From Mycolicibacterium smegmatis (GTDB lineage: Bacteria; Actinomycetota; Actinomycetes; Mycobacteriales; Mycobacteriaceae), in assembly GCF_001457595.1 (NCBI RefSeq), contig NZ_LN831039.1, positions 5,970,001 through 6,002,000 on the forward strand: 32,000 bases of DNA. The letters are read 5' to 3'. Below the pieces are notes generated by a model, which made no database searches, was not told the DNA's origin, and saw nothing but the letters and a program-made list of their open reading frames with translations. This document shows, piece after piece, positions 18,102-26,164 of this stretch. Each line of letters starts with the position of its first letter. The stretch's first letter is position 1. Position numbers and translations under genes: made by a program.

Positions 18102-18115
18102 TAGAACCTGTTCTA
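18102..18115. promoter_or_regulatory. KstR operator TAGAACCTGTTCTA
   Basis: Exact TNNAACNNGTTNNA match between divergent genes starting at 18066 (-) and ~18124 (+). Confidence 0.88.
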
Positions 18116-18123
18116 CTCGATGT

Positions 18124-19128
18124 GTGACAGCCAGCCAAAGCCGCCCGGCCTCGACAGATCACCGTGAGCCGCCACTTTCAGCGCCACTGAAACTGTCTTT
18201 CGACTACACCCGTTCAGTCGGGCCCTTGCTCAGTCAGTTCTTCACCGCGCTTCGTGACCGCCGCATCGTCGGCGTGCGCGGATCCGATGGACGTGTGCAT
18301 GTGCCACCCGCCGAGTATGACCCGGTCACCTACGAACCATTGACCGAGGTCGTGCCGGTGGGCAGCGTCGGGACCGTCGTGTCCTGGACGTGGCAGCCCG
18401 AGCCGCTGGAGGGGCAGCCACTCGACCGGCCGTTCGCGTGGGCGCTGATCAAACTCGACGGTGCCGACACCCCTTTGCTGCATGCCGTTGCCGCCGAAGA
18501 GGGTTCGGTGAGCACCGGCATGCGGGTGCACGCGCACTGGGTCGACGAGCCCGCGGGCGCGATCACCGACATCGCGTACTTCCTGCCGGGCGACACCCCG
18601 GAACCCGTTGCCGACGCGCCCGCCGACGAGCGTGATCCGGTGACGATGCTGGTGGTGCCGTCGAGCATCGAGATCCAGCACTCGGCCTCGCTGCCCGAGA
18701 GCACCTACCTGCGCAGCCTGCGCGAGGGCAAGCTGGTCGGCGCCCGCACGGTGGGCCCGAACGGCGAGAAGGGCAAGGTCTACTTCCCGCCCAAGGAAGC
18801 CGATCCGGCCACGGGCCTTGAGCTCAACGAGTTCGTCGAACTGCCCGACAAGGGCACGGTGACGACGTTCGCGATCATCAACATCCCGTTCGCGGGGCAG
18901 CGCATCAAGCCGCCGTACGTCGCGGCGTACGTGCTGCTGGACGGCGCCGACATCCCGTTCTTGCACCTGGTCACCGACATCGACGCGTCCGAGGTCCGCA
19001 TGGGCATGCGCGTCGAGGCGGTCTGGAAGCCCAAGGACGAGTGGGGCCTGGGCATCGACAACATCTCGCATTTCCGGCCGACGGGTGAGCCCGACGCCGA
19101 CTACGACAGCTACAAGCACCACCTGTAA
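18124..19128 (+). CDS. Protein with two tandem DUF35-type (OB-fold) modules (Rv3521-like)
   Basis: SAPLKLSFDYTRSVGPLLSQFFTALRDRRIVGVRGSDGRVHVPPAEYDP...VPVGSVGTVVSWTW... and second copy LPESTYLRSLREGKLVGARTVGPNGEKGKVYFPPKEADPATGLELNEFVELPDKGTVTTFAII. GTG at 18124 is the only standard in-frame start close to the domain; exact start uncertain. Confidence 0.75.
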   Translation: MTASQSRPASTDHREPPLSAPLKLSFDYTRSVGPLLSQFFTALRDRRIVGVRGSDGRVHVPPAEYDPVTYEPLTEVVPVGSVGTVVSWTWQPEPLEGQPLDRPFAWALIKLDGADTPLLHAVAAEEGSVSTGMRVHAHWVDEPAGAITDIAYFLPGDTPEPVADAPADERDPVTMLVVPSSIEIQHSASLPESTYLRSLREGKLVGARTVGPNGEKGKVYFPPKEADPATGLELNEFVELPDKGTVTTFAIINIPFAGQRIKPPYVAAYVLLDGADIPFLHLVTDIDASEVRMGMRVEAVWKPKDEWGLGIDNISHFRPTGEPDADYDSYKHHL

Positions 19129-19137
19129 AGGGAAAAG

Positions 19138-20211
19138 ATGACCGCACCCTCGGGTAGACAAGTCGCGGTGGTCGGCTTCGCACATGCCCCGCATGTCCGC
19201 CGCACCGACGGCACCACCAACGGCGTCGAGATGTTGATGCCGTGCTTCCACCAGCTGTACGACGAGCTGGGCCTTCAGCAGAGCGACATCGGCTTCTGGT
19301 GCTCCGGGTCCTCGGATTACCTTGCCGGACGCGCATTCTCGTTCATCTCGGCGATCGACTCGATCGGCGCCGTACCGCCGATCAACGAGTCCCACGTCGA
19401 GATGGACGGCGCATGGGCGTTGTACGAGGCCTACATCAAGATCCTGACCGGCGAGGTCGACACCGCGCTGGTGTACGGCTTCGGCAAGTCGTCGGCCGGT
19501 GTGCTGCGGCGCGTGCTCGCACTGCAGACCGATCCGTACTCGGTGGCCCCGCTGTGGCCCGATGCGGTCTCGATGGCGGGTCTGCAGGCCCGGTTCGGGC
19601 TCGATGCGGGCAAGTGGACGGCCGAACAGATGGCGCAGGTGGCGCTCGACGCGTTCGCCGCGGGCGGGCGCACGGATTCGGTGAAGCCGGCCAAGAGCAT
19701 CGACGAACTGCTCGAACGCCCCTTCTTCGCCGATCCGCTGCGACGCCACGACATCGCGCCAATCACCGACGGCGCGGCGGCGATCGTGCTGGCCGCGGGC
19801 GACCGGGCGCGTGAGCTGCGCGAGAACCCGGCCTGGATCACCGGCATCGAACACCGCATCGACACCCCGGTGCTCGGCGCGCGGGATCTGACGACCTCGC
19901 CGTCCACCGCGGCCTCGGCCGCCGCGGCCACGGGCGGGGACACCGCGTCCATCGAGGTGGCCGAGATCCACGCACCGTTCACCCACCAGCACCTGATCCT
20001 CACCGAGGCCATCGGCCTGGGTGGTTCGACGAAGATCAACCCGTCGGGCGGGGCGCTTTCCGCCAACCCGATGTTCTCGGCGGGCCTGGAGCGTATCGGT
20101 TTCGCCGCGCGGCACATCTTCGACGGTTCGGCGGGCCGGGTGCTCGCCCACGCCACCAGTGGGCCTGCGCTGCAACAGAATCTGGTCGCCGTCTTGGAAG
20201 GGAAGAACTGA
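19138..20211 (+). CDS. ltp4: Thiolase-fold lipid-transfer/aldolase-type protein (Ltp4-like)
   Basis: MTAPSGRQVAVVGFAHAPHVRRTDGTTNGVEMLMPCFHQLYDELGLQQSDIGFWCSGSSDYLAGR...; syntenic with Rv3522. Confidence 0.85.
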   Translation: MTAPSGRQVAVVGFAHAPHVRRTDGTTNGVEMLMPCFHQLYDELGLQQSDIGFWCSGSSDYLAGRAFSFISAIDSIGAVPPINESHVEMDGAWALYEAYIKILTGEVDTALVYGFGKSSAGVLRRVLALQTDPYSVAPLWPDAVSMAGLQARFGLDAGKWTAEQMAQVALDAFAAGGRTDSVKPAKSIDELLERPFFADPLRRHDIAPITDGAAAIVLAAGDRARELRENPAWITGIEHRIDTPVLGARDLTTSPSTAASAAAATGGDTASIEVAEIHAPFTHQHLILTEAIGLGGSTKINPSGGALSANPMFSAGLERIGFAARHIFDGSAGRVLAHATSGPALQQNLVAVLEGKN

Positions 20212-21389
20212 TGGCCGTCAATGCCGCCGTTCTGGGCACGGGCCAGACGAAGTACGTCGCCAAGCGCACCGACGTCTCGATGAACGGCCTGGTGCGCGAG
20301 GCCATCGACCGCGCGCTCGCCGATTCGGGTTCGACGATGGCCGACATCGACGCCGTGGTCGTCGGCAAGGCGCCGGACTTCTTCGAGGGCGTGATGATGC
20401 CCGAGCTGTTCATGGCCGATGCCGTGGGTGCGACGGGCAAGCCGCTGATCCGCGTGCACACCGCGGGTTCGGTCGGCGGGTCGACGGCCATCGTCGCGGC
20501 GAGCCTGGTGAAATCCGGCAGGTACCGCCGCGTGCTCACCATGGCGTGGGAGAAGCAGTCCGAGTCGAATGCCATGTGGGCGTTGAGCATTCCGGTGCCG
20601 TTCACCAAGCCCGTGGGTGCGGGCGCCGGCGGGTACTTCGCACCGCACGTGCGGGCCTACATCCGCCGCTCGGGCGCGCCGACGCACATCGGCGCGATGG
20701 TCGCGGTCAAGGACCGGCTCAACGGGGCCAAGAACCCGCTGGCACACCTGCATCAGCCCGACATCACGCTCGAGAAGGTGCTGAGCTCGCAGATGCTGTG
20801 GGATCCGATCCGGTTCGACGAGACGTGCCCGTCGTCCGACGGTGCGTGCGCGATGGTGATCGGTGACGAACAGATCGCGGATGCCCGTGTGGCCGAGGGG
20901 CATCCGGTGGCGTGGATCCACGCGACCGCGCTGCGCACCGAACCGTTGGCGTACGCGGGGCGCGATCAGGTGAACCCGCAGGCCGGCCGCGACGCCGCCA
21001 AGGCGCTGTGGCGTGACGCGGGCATCACCAGCCCGATCGACGAGATCGACGTCGCCGAGGTGTACGTGCCGTTCTCGTGGTTCGAGCCCATGTGGCTGGA
21101 GAACCTGGGCTTCGCTCCCGAGGGCGAGGGCTGGAAGCTCACCGAGGCAGGCGAGACCGCGATCGGTGGACGCATCCCGTTCAACCCGTCGGGTGGTGTG
21201 CTGAGCTCCAATCCGATCGGCGCGTCGGGCATGATCCGCTTCGCCGAGTCGGCCATCCAGGTGATGGGCAAGGCCGGCGAACATCAGGTGCAGGGCGCCC
21301 GCAAGGCCCTCGGCCACGCATACGGCGGTGGTTCGCAGTACTTCTCCATGTGGGTTGTGTCTTCGGACAAGCCCGCAGCCAAGCCCTGA
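20211..21389 (+). CDS. ltp3: Thiolase-fold lipid-transfer/aldolase-type protein (Ltp3-like)
   Basis: MAVNAAVLGTGQTKYVAKRTDVSMNGLVREAIDRALADSGSTMADIDAVVVGKAPDFFEG...GHAYGGGSQYFSMWVV; start overlaps the ltp4 stop. Confidence 0.85.
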   Translation: MAVNAAVLGTGQTKYVAKRTDVSMNGLVREAIDRALADSGSTMADIDAVVVGKAPDFFEGVMMPELFMADAVGATGKPLIRVHTAGSVGGSTAIVAASLVKSGRYRRVLTMAWEKQSESNAMWALSIPVPFTKPVGAGAGGYFAPHVRAYIRRSGAPTHIGAMVAVKDRLNGAKNPLAHLHQPDITLEKVLSSQMLWDPIRFDETCPSSDGACAMVIGDEQIADARVAEGHPVAWIHATALRTEPLAYAGRDQVNPQAGRDAAKALWRDAGITSPIDEIDVAEVYVPFSWFEPMWLENLGFAPEGEGWKLTEAGETAIGGRIPFNPSGGVLSSNPIGASGMIRFAESAIQVMGKAGEHQVQGARKALGHAYGGGSQYFSMWVVSSDKPAAKP

Positions 21390-21395
21390 TATCTC

Positions 21396-21458
21396 CGCCG
21401 AAACGGCATTCCGGCAGGCAAAGTGCGAGTGCACGCCTGCCGGAATGTCGTTTCGGCG
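21396..21458. repeat. Large intergenic imperfect palindrome
   Basis: CGCCGAAACGGCATTCCGGCAGGC (21396-21419) and GCCTGCCGGAATGTCGTTTCGGCG (21435-21458), 23/24 complementary, 15-nt loop, starting 6 bp after the ltp3 stop. Confidence 0.9.
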
Positions 21459-21547
21459 CGTGAGAGGTGACGCTCGGCGCATGCGGGCCACCCTCGGGCG
21501 CGACGAAAGGCGGGCATCGGCGGCGCCGCGTACCCTGATCAGTAACT

Positions 21548-22180
21548 ATGTCGCCCACGACGGTCCCCCGCCTCAGACTTCTGCTCACCACCGGCCTTGC
21601 GGCTGCTGTCGTCGCGACGGCGGCCGGCTGCCAGGACGCGCAACTGACCGCGGATCCGGCCACGGGCAAGGCGCCGGCGGCCTCGTCGTCAGCCGCCACC
21701 AGTTCACCCCAGGCCAAGGCCTCCGACTACAGCCATCTGTTGCTGCAGGCCGAGGACATCAGCATCCCGCCCAACACCTTCACCAGGCGGTCCACCAAGG
21801 TCAACCCGGACGGCCAGGACGGCGCCAGCGCGCTCTACGTCAACGCCGACGACACCAGGGCCATCGCCGACACGATCCTGATCTATCCGGACGTCGCGAC
21901 CGCGACCGCGACACTGCAGCAGGCCGTGGGCGCCATCAACACCATGGTCGAGGGCGGCACTCCTCAGCCGCACCCCGTCGGCACGAACGGCACGGTGATC
22001 TCCGGGACGGCGCCGGACGGCTCCAAGGCGGTCACGCTGTTGATGTTCACGCAGGGCCGGGCGCTGGTGCGGTTGGAGTTCGACAGCGCCATCGAGGACC
22101 CGGTCACCGAGCAGACCGTGACCGCCATCGGCAGGATGCAGCAGATCGCGCTGCGGATCGGCCTGCCCGAGCGGGAGTAA
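21548..22180 (+). CDS. Predicted lipoprotein (Rv3524-position gene)
   Basis: MSPTTVPRLRLLLTTGLAAAVVATAAGCQDAQLTADPATGKAPAAS...: signal peptide with lipobox ending at Cys. Confidence 0.75.
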   Translation: MSPTTVPRLRLLLTTGLAAAVVATAAGCQDAQLTADPATGKAPAASSSAATSSPQAKASDYSHLLLQAEDISIPPNTFTRRSTKVNPDGQDGASALYVNADDTRAIADTILIYPDVATATATLQQAVGAINTMVEGGTPQPHPVGTNGTVISGTAPDGSKAVTLLMFTQGRALVRLEFDSAIEDPVTEQTVTAIGRMQQIALRIGLPERE

Positions 22181-22244
22181 CCGTCCACGAGCGCGGGTAT
22201 GCCGCAGGTCACGCGTCCCTCGTTGCACTATCGGACGGGAAAAC

Positions 22245-22258
22245 TGTAACGTGTTCTA
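22245..22258. promoter_or_regulatory. KstR operator TGTAACGTGTTCTA
   Basis: Exact TNNAACNNGTTNNA match 26 bp upstream of kshA. Confidence 0.87.
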
Positions 22259-22284
22259 GTTAGAAGCAACGGACTGGAGGCGTC

Positions 22285-23436
22285 ATGGCTACCGAGACTG
22301 TCGGGATCCGCGAAATCGACACCGGCGCGCTGCCGGATCGGTACGCGCGAGGCTGGCACTGCCTTGGACCGGTGAAGAACTTCTCGGACGGCAAGCCGCA
22401 CAGCGTCAACATCTTCGGCACCAAGCTCGTGGTGTTCGCGGGCTCCAAGGGCGAGCTCAACGTCCTCGACGCGTACTGCCGCCACATGGGCGGTGACCTG
22501 TCGAAGGGCACCGTCAAGGGCGACGAGGTCGCGTGCCCGTTCCACGACTGGCGCTGGGGCGGTGACGGCAAGTGCAAGCTCGTGCCGTACGCCAAGCGCA
22601 CCCCCCGCCTGGCCCGCACCCGGTCCTGGCACACCGACGTGCGCGGCGGCCTGCTGTTCGTGTGGCACGACCACGAGGGCAACCCGCCGCAGCCCGAGGT
22701 GCGCATCCCCGAGATCCCGGAGTGGTCGAGCGGTGAGTGGACCGACTGGAAGTGGAACTCGATGTTGATCGAGGGCAGCAACTGCCGCGAGATCATCGAC
22801 AACGTCACCGACATGGCCCACTTCTTCTACATCCACTTCGGGCTGCCGACGTACTTCAAGAACGTCTTCGAGGGCCACATCGCCAGCCAGTACCTGCACA
22901 ACGTGGGCCGGCCCGATGTCAACGACCTCGGCACGGCCTACGGCGAGGCCAAGCTGGACTCCGAGGCGTCGTACTTCGGCCCGTCGTTCATGATCAACTG
23001 GCTGCACAACACCTACGGCGAGTTCAAGGCCGAGTCGATCCTGATCAACTGCCACTACCCCGTGACGCAGGATTCGTTCGTGCTGCAGTGGGGTGTGATC
23101 GTCGAGAAGCCCAAGGGGCTGGACGACGCGACCACCGAGAAGCTCGCCGACGCCTTCACCGAGGGTGTCAGCAAGGGCTTCCTGCAGGACGTCGAGATCT
23201 GGAAGCACAAGACCCGCATCGACAATCCGCTGCTGGTCGAGGAGGACGGCGCGGTGTACCAGATGCGGCGCTGGTACCAGCAGTTCTACGTCGACGTCGC
23301 CGACATCACGCCGGACATGACCGACCGGTTCGAGATGGAGGTCGACACCACGGCCGCGGTCGAGAAGTGGAACATCGAGGTTCAGGAGAACCTGAAGGCC
23401 CAGGCCGAAGCCGAGAAGGCGGAGCAGTCGAGCTGA
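22285..23436 (+). CDS. kshA: 3-ketosteroid 9alpha-hydroxylase oxygenase component
   Basis: MATETVGIREIDTGALPDRYARGWHCLGPVKNFSDGKPHSVNIFGTKLVVFAGSKGELNVLDAYCRHMGGDLSKGTVKGDEVACPFHDWRWGGDGKC: Rieske CxH...CxxH and downstream mononuclear-iron motif NVTDMAHFFYIH. Confidence 0.93.
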   Translation: MATETVGIREIDTGALPDRYARGWHCLGPVKNFSDGKPHSVNIFGTKLVVFAGSKGELNVLDAYCRHMGGDLSKGTVKGDEVACPFHDWRWGGDGKCKLVPYAKRTPRLARTRSWHTDVRGGLLFVWHDHEGNPPQPEVRIPEIPEWSSGEWTDWKWNSMLIEGSNCREIIDNVTDMAHFFYIHFGLPTYFKNVFEGHIASQYLHNVGRPDVNDLGTAYGEAKLDSEASYFGPSFMINWLHNTYGEFKAESILINCHYPVTQDSFVLQWGVIVEKPKGLDDATTEKLADAFTEGVSKGFLQDVEIWKHKTRIDNPLLVEEDGAVYQMRRWYQQFYVDVADITPDMTDRFEMEVDTTAAVEKWNIEVQENLKAQAEAEKAEQSS

Positions 23437-23912
23437 TGCCGGCACGCAACGAGCAGGGCCGCACCCAGACACCGGATGTCGGTGATCTGGCCCGCTCGAT
23501 GCTGTTGCTGCACGGCATCCACGACGACGACGATCATCCGGCCGGCAATCAGCCGGGCACCGGAAGTTGGTCCAAGGCACCGAATTTCGCGTCCGATCCG
23601 CAACGCGCGGCAGCCGTTCGCGAGGCCAGCCTGCGTGACCGGGAACGCTACCTGACCTCGGGGCTGGTGTCGGTGGACTGCCGGCACTGCCACGTGTCGG
23701 TGCAGGTGAAGAAGCTCGGTCCCACGCACACCGCGGTGCAGTGGAACTCCGAGGCGACGCAACGCTGCGCGGTGTTCAACGAGATCCGTGCCGCCGGTGG
23801 CGATCCCGCACGTACGCCGTCGTGCCCGCGGCTGTCCGACAGCATCCGGCATGCCGTCGCCGAGGGCGTCCTCGAAGAGTCCTCGACGGCCCCGGCGCCC
23901 GGCGACGGTTAG
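23436..23912 (+). CDS. Small conserved Cys-containing protein (Rv3527-position gene)
   Basis: MPARNEQGRTQTPDVGDLARSMLLLHGIHDDDDHPAGN...SVDCRHCHVSVQVKKLG...ATQRCAVFNEIRAAGGDPARTPSCPRL; ATG overlaps the kshA stop (TGATG). Confidence 0.75.
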   Translation: MPARNEQGRTQTPDVGDLARSMLLLHGIHDDDDHPAGNQPGTGSWSKAPNFASDPQRAAAVREASLRDRERYLTSGLVSVDCRHCHVSVQVKKLGPTHTAVQWNSEATQRCAVFNEIRAAGGDPARTPSCPRLSDSIRHAVAEGVLEESSTAPAPGDG

Positions 23913-25438
23913 CTTTCCCGCACCTTGGCCAGTGCAGATGCACGTTCGGTCAGGAACTTTCGCAATGTGTCCTTCTGCGCCTCGATCTCGTCGGCGCTCA
24001 GCCCGTCGGTGACGGGCACGGTCTCGGCGATCGAATCCAGCAGCGCCAGGGCCTGTCCGTCGGCGTAGATCTGGTCGTACAGCTCCCAGTACGCCTTGTC
24101 GTAGACCTCGGTGAACGCCGGTGACGCCAGGAACCGTTCCTTGAGAATGTTGCCGCCCAACTCCTTGCCGGGCGGCGGGCCCATGCCGGTGGGAAGTTGG
24201 AAGCCCGACGGCGGCTTGAACTCCATGGGATCGCGCGGCCCGAGCTTCACGTCGCCCATCATCGTGGCGAGGTTCAGGTCCCACGACACCACCGTGAACT
24301 TCTTGGTGCCCAGGTCGTACCACAGGTAGTAGTTCTGCCCGGGTCCGGCCATGTCGTCGCCGTTGATCAACAGGTTCTGCGTCGCGACGTAGCGCGCGAA
24401 CGATTCCACGTCGATCCAGTCACCCAGCGACCGGGCGAATTCCTCGTCGTCGGCGCTGTCGAGCCACTTCAGGAAGTTGATGAGCGGCTGCAGGTTTCCG
24501 GTGTCGACGGTGTTGATCTGCTTGAACTGATCGGCGTAGGCCGACTGGTCGGGGCCGGCGTACTCGAGCCGCGATTTGGCGCGCGCCTTGTACAGGTAGC
24601 CGTCGGAGTCGAACACCGTGCTCGCGTAGTTCTCGTCGGGGTGCTCGAGCAGCAGGCGCGTCGTGGTCGCGCCGTTCACCGAATACGTGATGTAGGAGTA
24701 GCGCTGCGTCGGCTGACCCGTCATCGCGGTCAGCGACAATGCCAGAGCCTCGTTGAGCACGGGCGCCCCGGGACGCACCGACAGTTCGGTCAGGCCCTGA
24801 TATCCACGGCCGTCGGCGTTCTCGTTGAAGCTGATCAGCAGAGGCAACGACAGCGGATCGTCCTCGGACACCGTGCCCATCGGCCCGCCGGGTCCTCCGA
24901 GACCACCAGGCCCACCGAAACCACCAGGCGGCCCACCAGGGCCTGGCGCACCGGGGGGACCCGGCGGACCGGGACGTCCTGGAGGCCCTGGAGGCCCGGG
25001 AGGCCCGCCCTCCCCCGGCGGGGGAGGGAAATGCACGCCGCGCAGACTCATCAACGTCGAGTTGCCCTTGAGCCGCACCGCGACGTCGTTGATCGTGGTG
25101 CCGTCGATCGTGATGTCGGCGGTCACCCACTTCTTGTCGCCGTCGGCCTTGAACTGCTCGACCATGTCGCGGTATTCGGCGTCGGTCAGCTCGACCGACA
25201 GCGAGTGCGGCACGGTGTTGTCGAACAGATCGACCGTGCCCGTGATGTTCTCGGTGATCTCCGAGGCGATGACGGTCGGGTCCCCCGTGATGTACGGCCG
25301 AATGCGGACGTCACCGAACACCAGCGCCACCACGGCCACGAACACGACGAACGCACCGAGCAGTTTCCAGTGCTGGCGCAGCGGTCTGGGGATCCGGTGC
25401 ACGAACCGGCGCCACCTCGAACTGGCCGGAGCCGCCAT
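23909..25438 (-). CDS. CotH-kinase-family membrane-anchored protein with collagen-like Gly-X-Y insertion
   Basis: N-terminal TM anchor LLGAFVVFVAVVALVFG; CotH-like VTADITIDGTTINDVAVRLKGNST...LPLLISFNENADGRGYQGLTELSVRPG...FARYVATQNLLINGDDMAGPGQNYYLWYDLGTKKFTVVSWDLNLA. Confidence 0.85.
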   Translation of the reverse strand: MAAPASSRWRRFVHRIPRPLRQHWKLLGAFVVFVAVVALVFGDVRIRPYITGDPTVIASEITENITGTVDLFDNTVPHSLSVELTDAEYRDMVEQFKADGDKKWVTADITIDGTTINDVAVRLKGNSTLMSLRGVHFPPPPGEGGPPGPPGPPGRPGPPGPPGAPGPGGPPGGFGGPGGLGGPGGPMGTVSEDDPLSLPLLISFNENADGRGYQGLTELSVRPGAPVLNEALALSLTAMTGQPTQRYSYITYSVNGATTTRLLLEHPDENYASTVFDSDGYLYKARAKSRLEYAGPDQSAYADQFKQINTVDTGNLQPLINFLKWLDSADDEEFARSLGDWIDVESFARYVATQNLLINGDDMAGPGQNYYLWYDLGTKKFTVVSWDLNLATMMGDVKLGPRDPMEFKPPSGFQLPTGMGPPPGKELGGNILKERFLASPAFTEVYDKAYWELYDQIYADGQALALLDSIAETVPVTDGLSADEIEAQKDTLRKFLTERASALAKVRES

Positions 25439-26115
25439 CAGATGTCGGTCTGGTCGTAGCCCGTCAGCACCGTGACGCGCTGGCCGGTGTTCACCGCGGT
25501 CAGCGCCGCGATGAGGTCGCTGCTCTTCTTGTTCTTCTTCAGCTGCGCGGTGTAGTACAGCTCCATCAGCGCACCTGCGCGCACCGATTCGGTTGAGACC
25601 AGCTCGAATTCACTGCAGTACTCGATCAAGGTGTCCTCGACGCGTGCGGTGTATTCGGGCTCCGGCGGCACCTGCACCTTGACCACCTGGCGCTTGACGT
25701 CGAGCTTGAACATGTTGAACTTGTTCATGATCACCAGCACCAGGCAGATCGCGATGGTCGCGGCGATCGCCAACGTGTAGAACCGGGTTCCCGTCGTCAT
25801 ACCGATCGCCATCACCAGGAACACGAACCCGACGTCGCGGGTTTCCTTGATGGCGTTGCGGAATCGGATCACCGACAGCGCGCCGACCAACGCGAACGCA
25901 CGGGCGATGTTCGACCCGACCACCAGCATGATCACCGAGACCACCATGCAGACCAGCACGAGCGTCTGCACGTAGGACTGGCTGTAGGACACGTTCTTGT
26001 GGGTGTAACGGTAGACCCACCCGATGATGACGGACAGGACGAGCGAGAGCGCCAGCGACGCGACGACGTCGAACGTCGTGAAGGTGCCGCTGAGGTCCTG
26101 CAGGTTGATGTTCAC
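25438..26115 (-). CDS. DUF4956-family integral membrane protein
   Basis: GTG at 26115 with SD AGGAG; MNINLQDLSGTFTTFDVVASLALSLVLSVIIGWVYRYTHKNVSYSQSYVQTLVLVCMVVSVIMLVVGSNIARAFALVGALSVIRFRNAIKETRDVGFVFLVMAIGMTTGTRFYTLAIAATIAICLVLVIM; one-base overlap with the CotH gene. Confidence 0.82.
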   Translation of the reverse strand: MNINLQDLSGTFTTFDVVASLALSLVLSVIIGWVYRYTHKNVSYSQSYVQTLVLVCMVVSVIMLVVGSNIARAFALVGALSVIRFRNAIKETRDVGFVFLVMAIGMTTGTRFYTLAIAATIAICLVLVIMNKFNMFKLDVKRQVVKVQVPPEPEYTARVEDTLIEYCSEFELVSTESVRAGALMELYYTAQLKKNKKSSDLIAALTAVNTGQRVTVLTGYDQTDI

Positions 26116-26164
26116 GGATACTCCTGATCGAACGAAATGGTGAAGCTTTGGGACGCAGCGGGAT

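Noticed and set aside
18214-21491. Long minus-strand ORFs (18214-20175, 19431-21491) opposite the DUF35/ltp4/ltp3 genes
   Set aside because: His/Arg/Asp-rich shadow translations with no recognisable family; the plus-strand genes account for the region.
22228-23580. 450-aa minus-strand ORF opposite kshA
   Set aside because: Shadow ORF; kshA Rieske motifs establish the coding strand.
24881-25006. GC-rich repetitive tract considered as a possible CRISPR or minisatellite
   Set aside because: It has no spacer/repeat architecture; the periodicity is a 9-nt Gly-X-Y codon pattern within an intact CDS. No CRISPR array was seen in the window.
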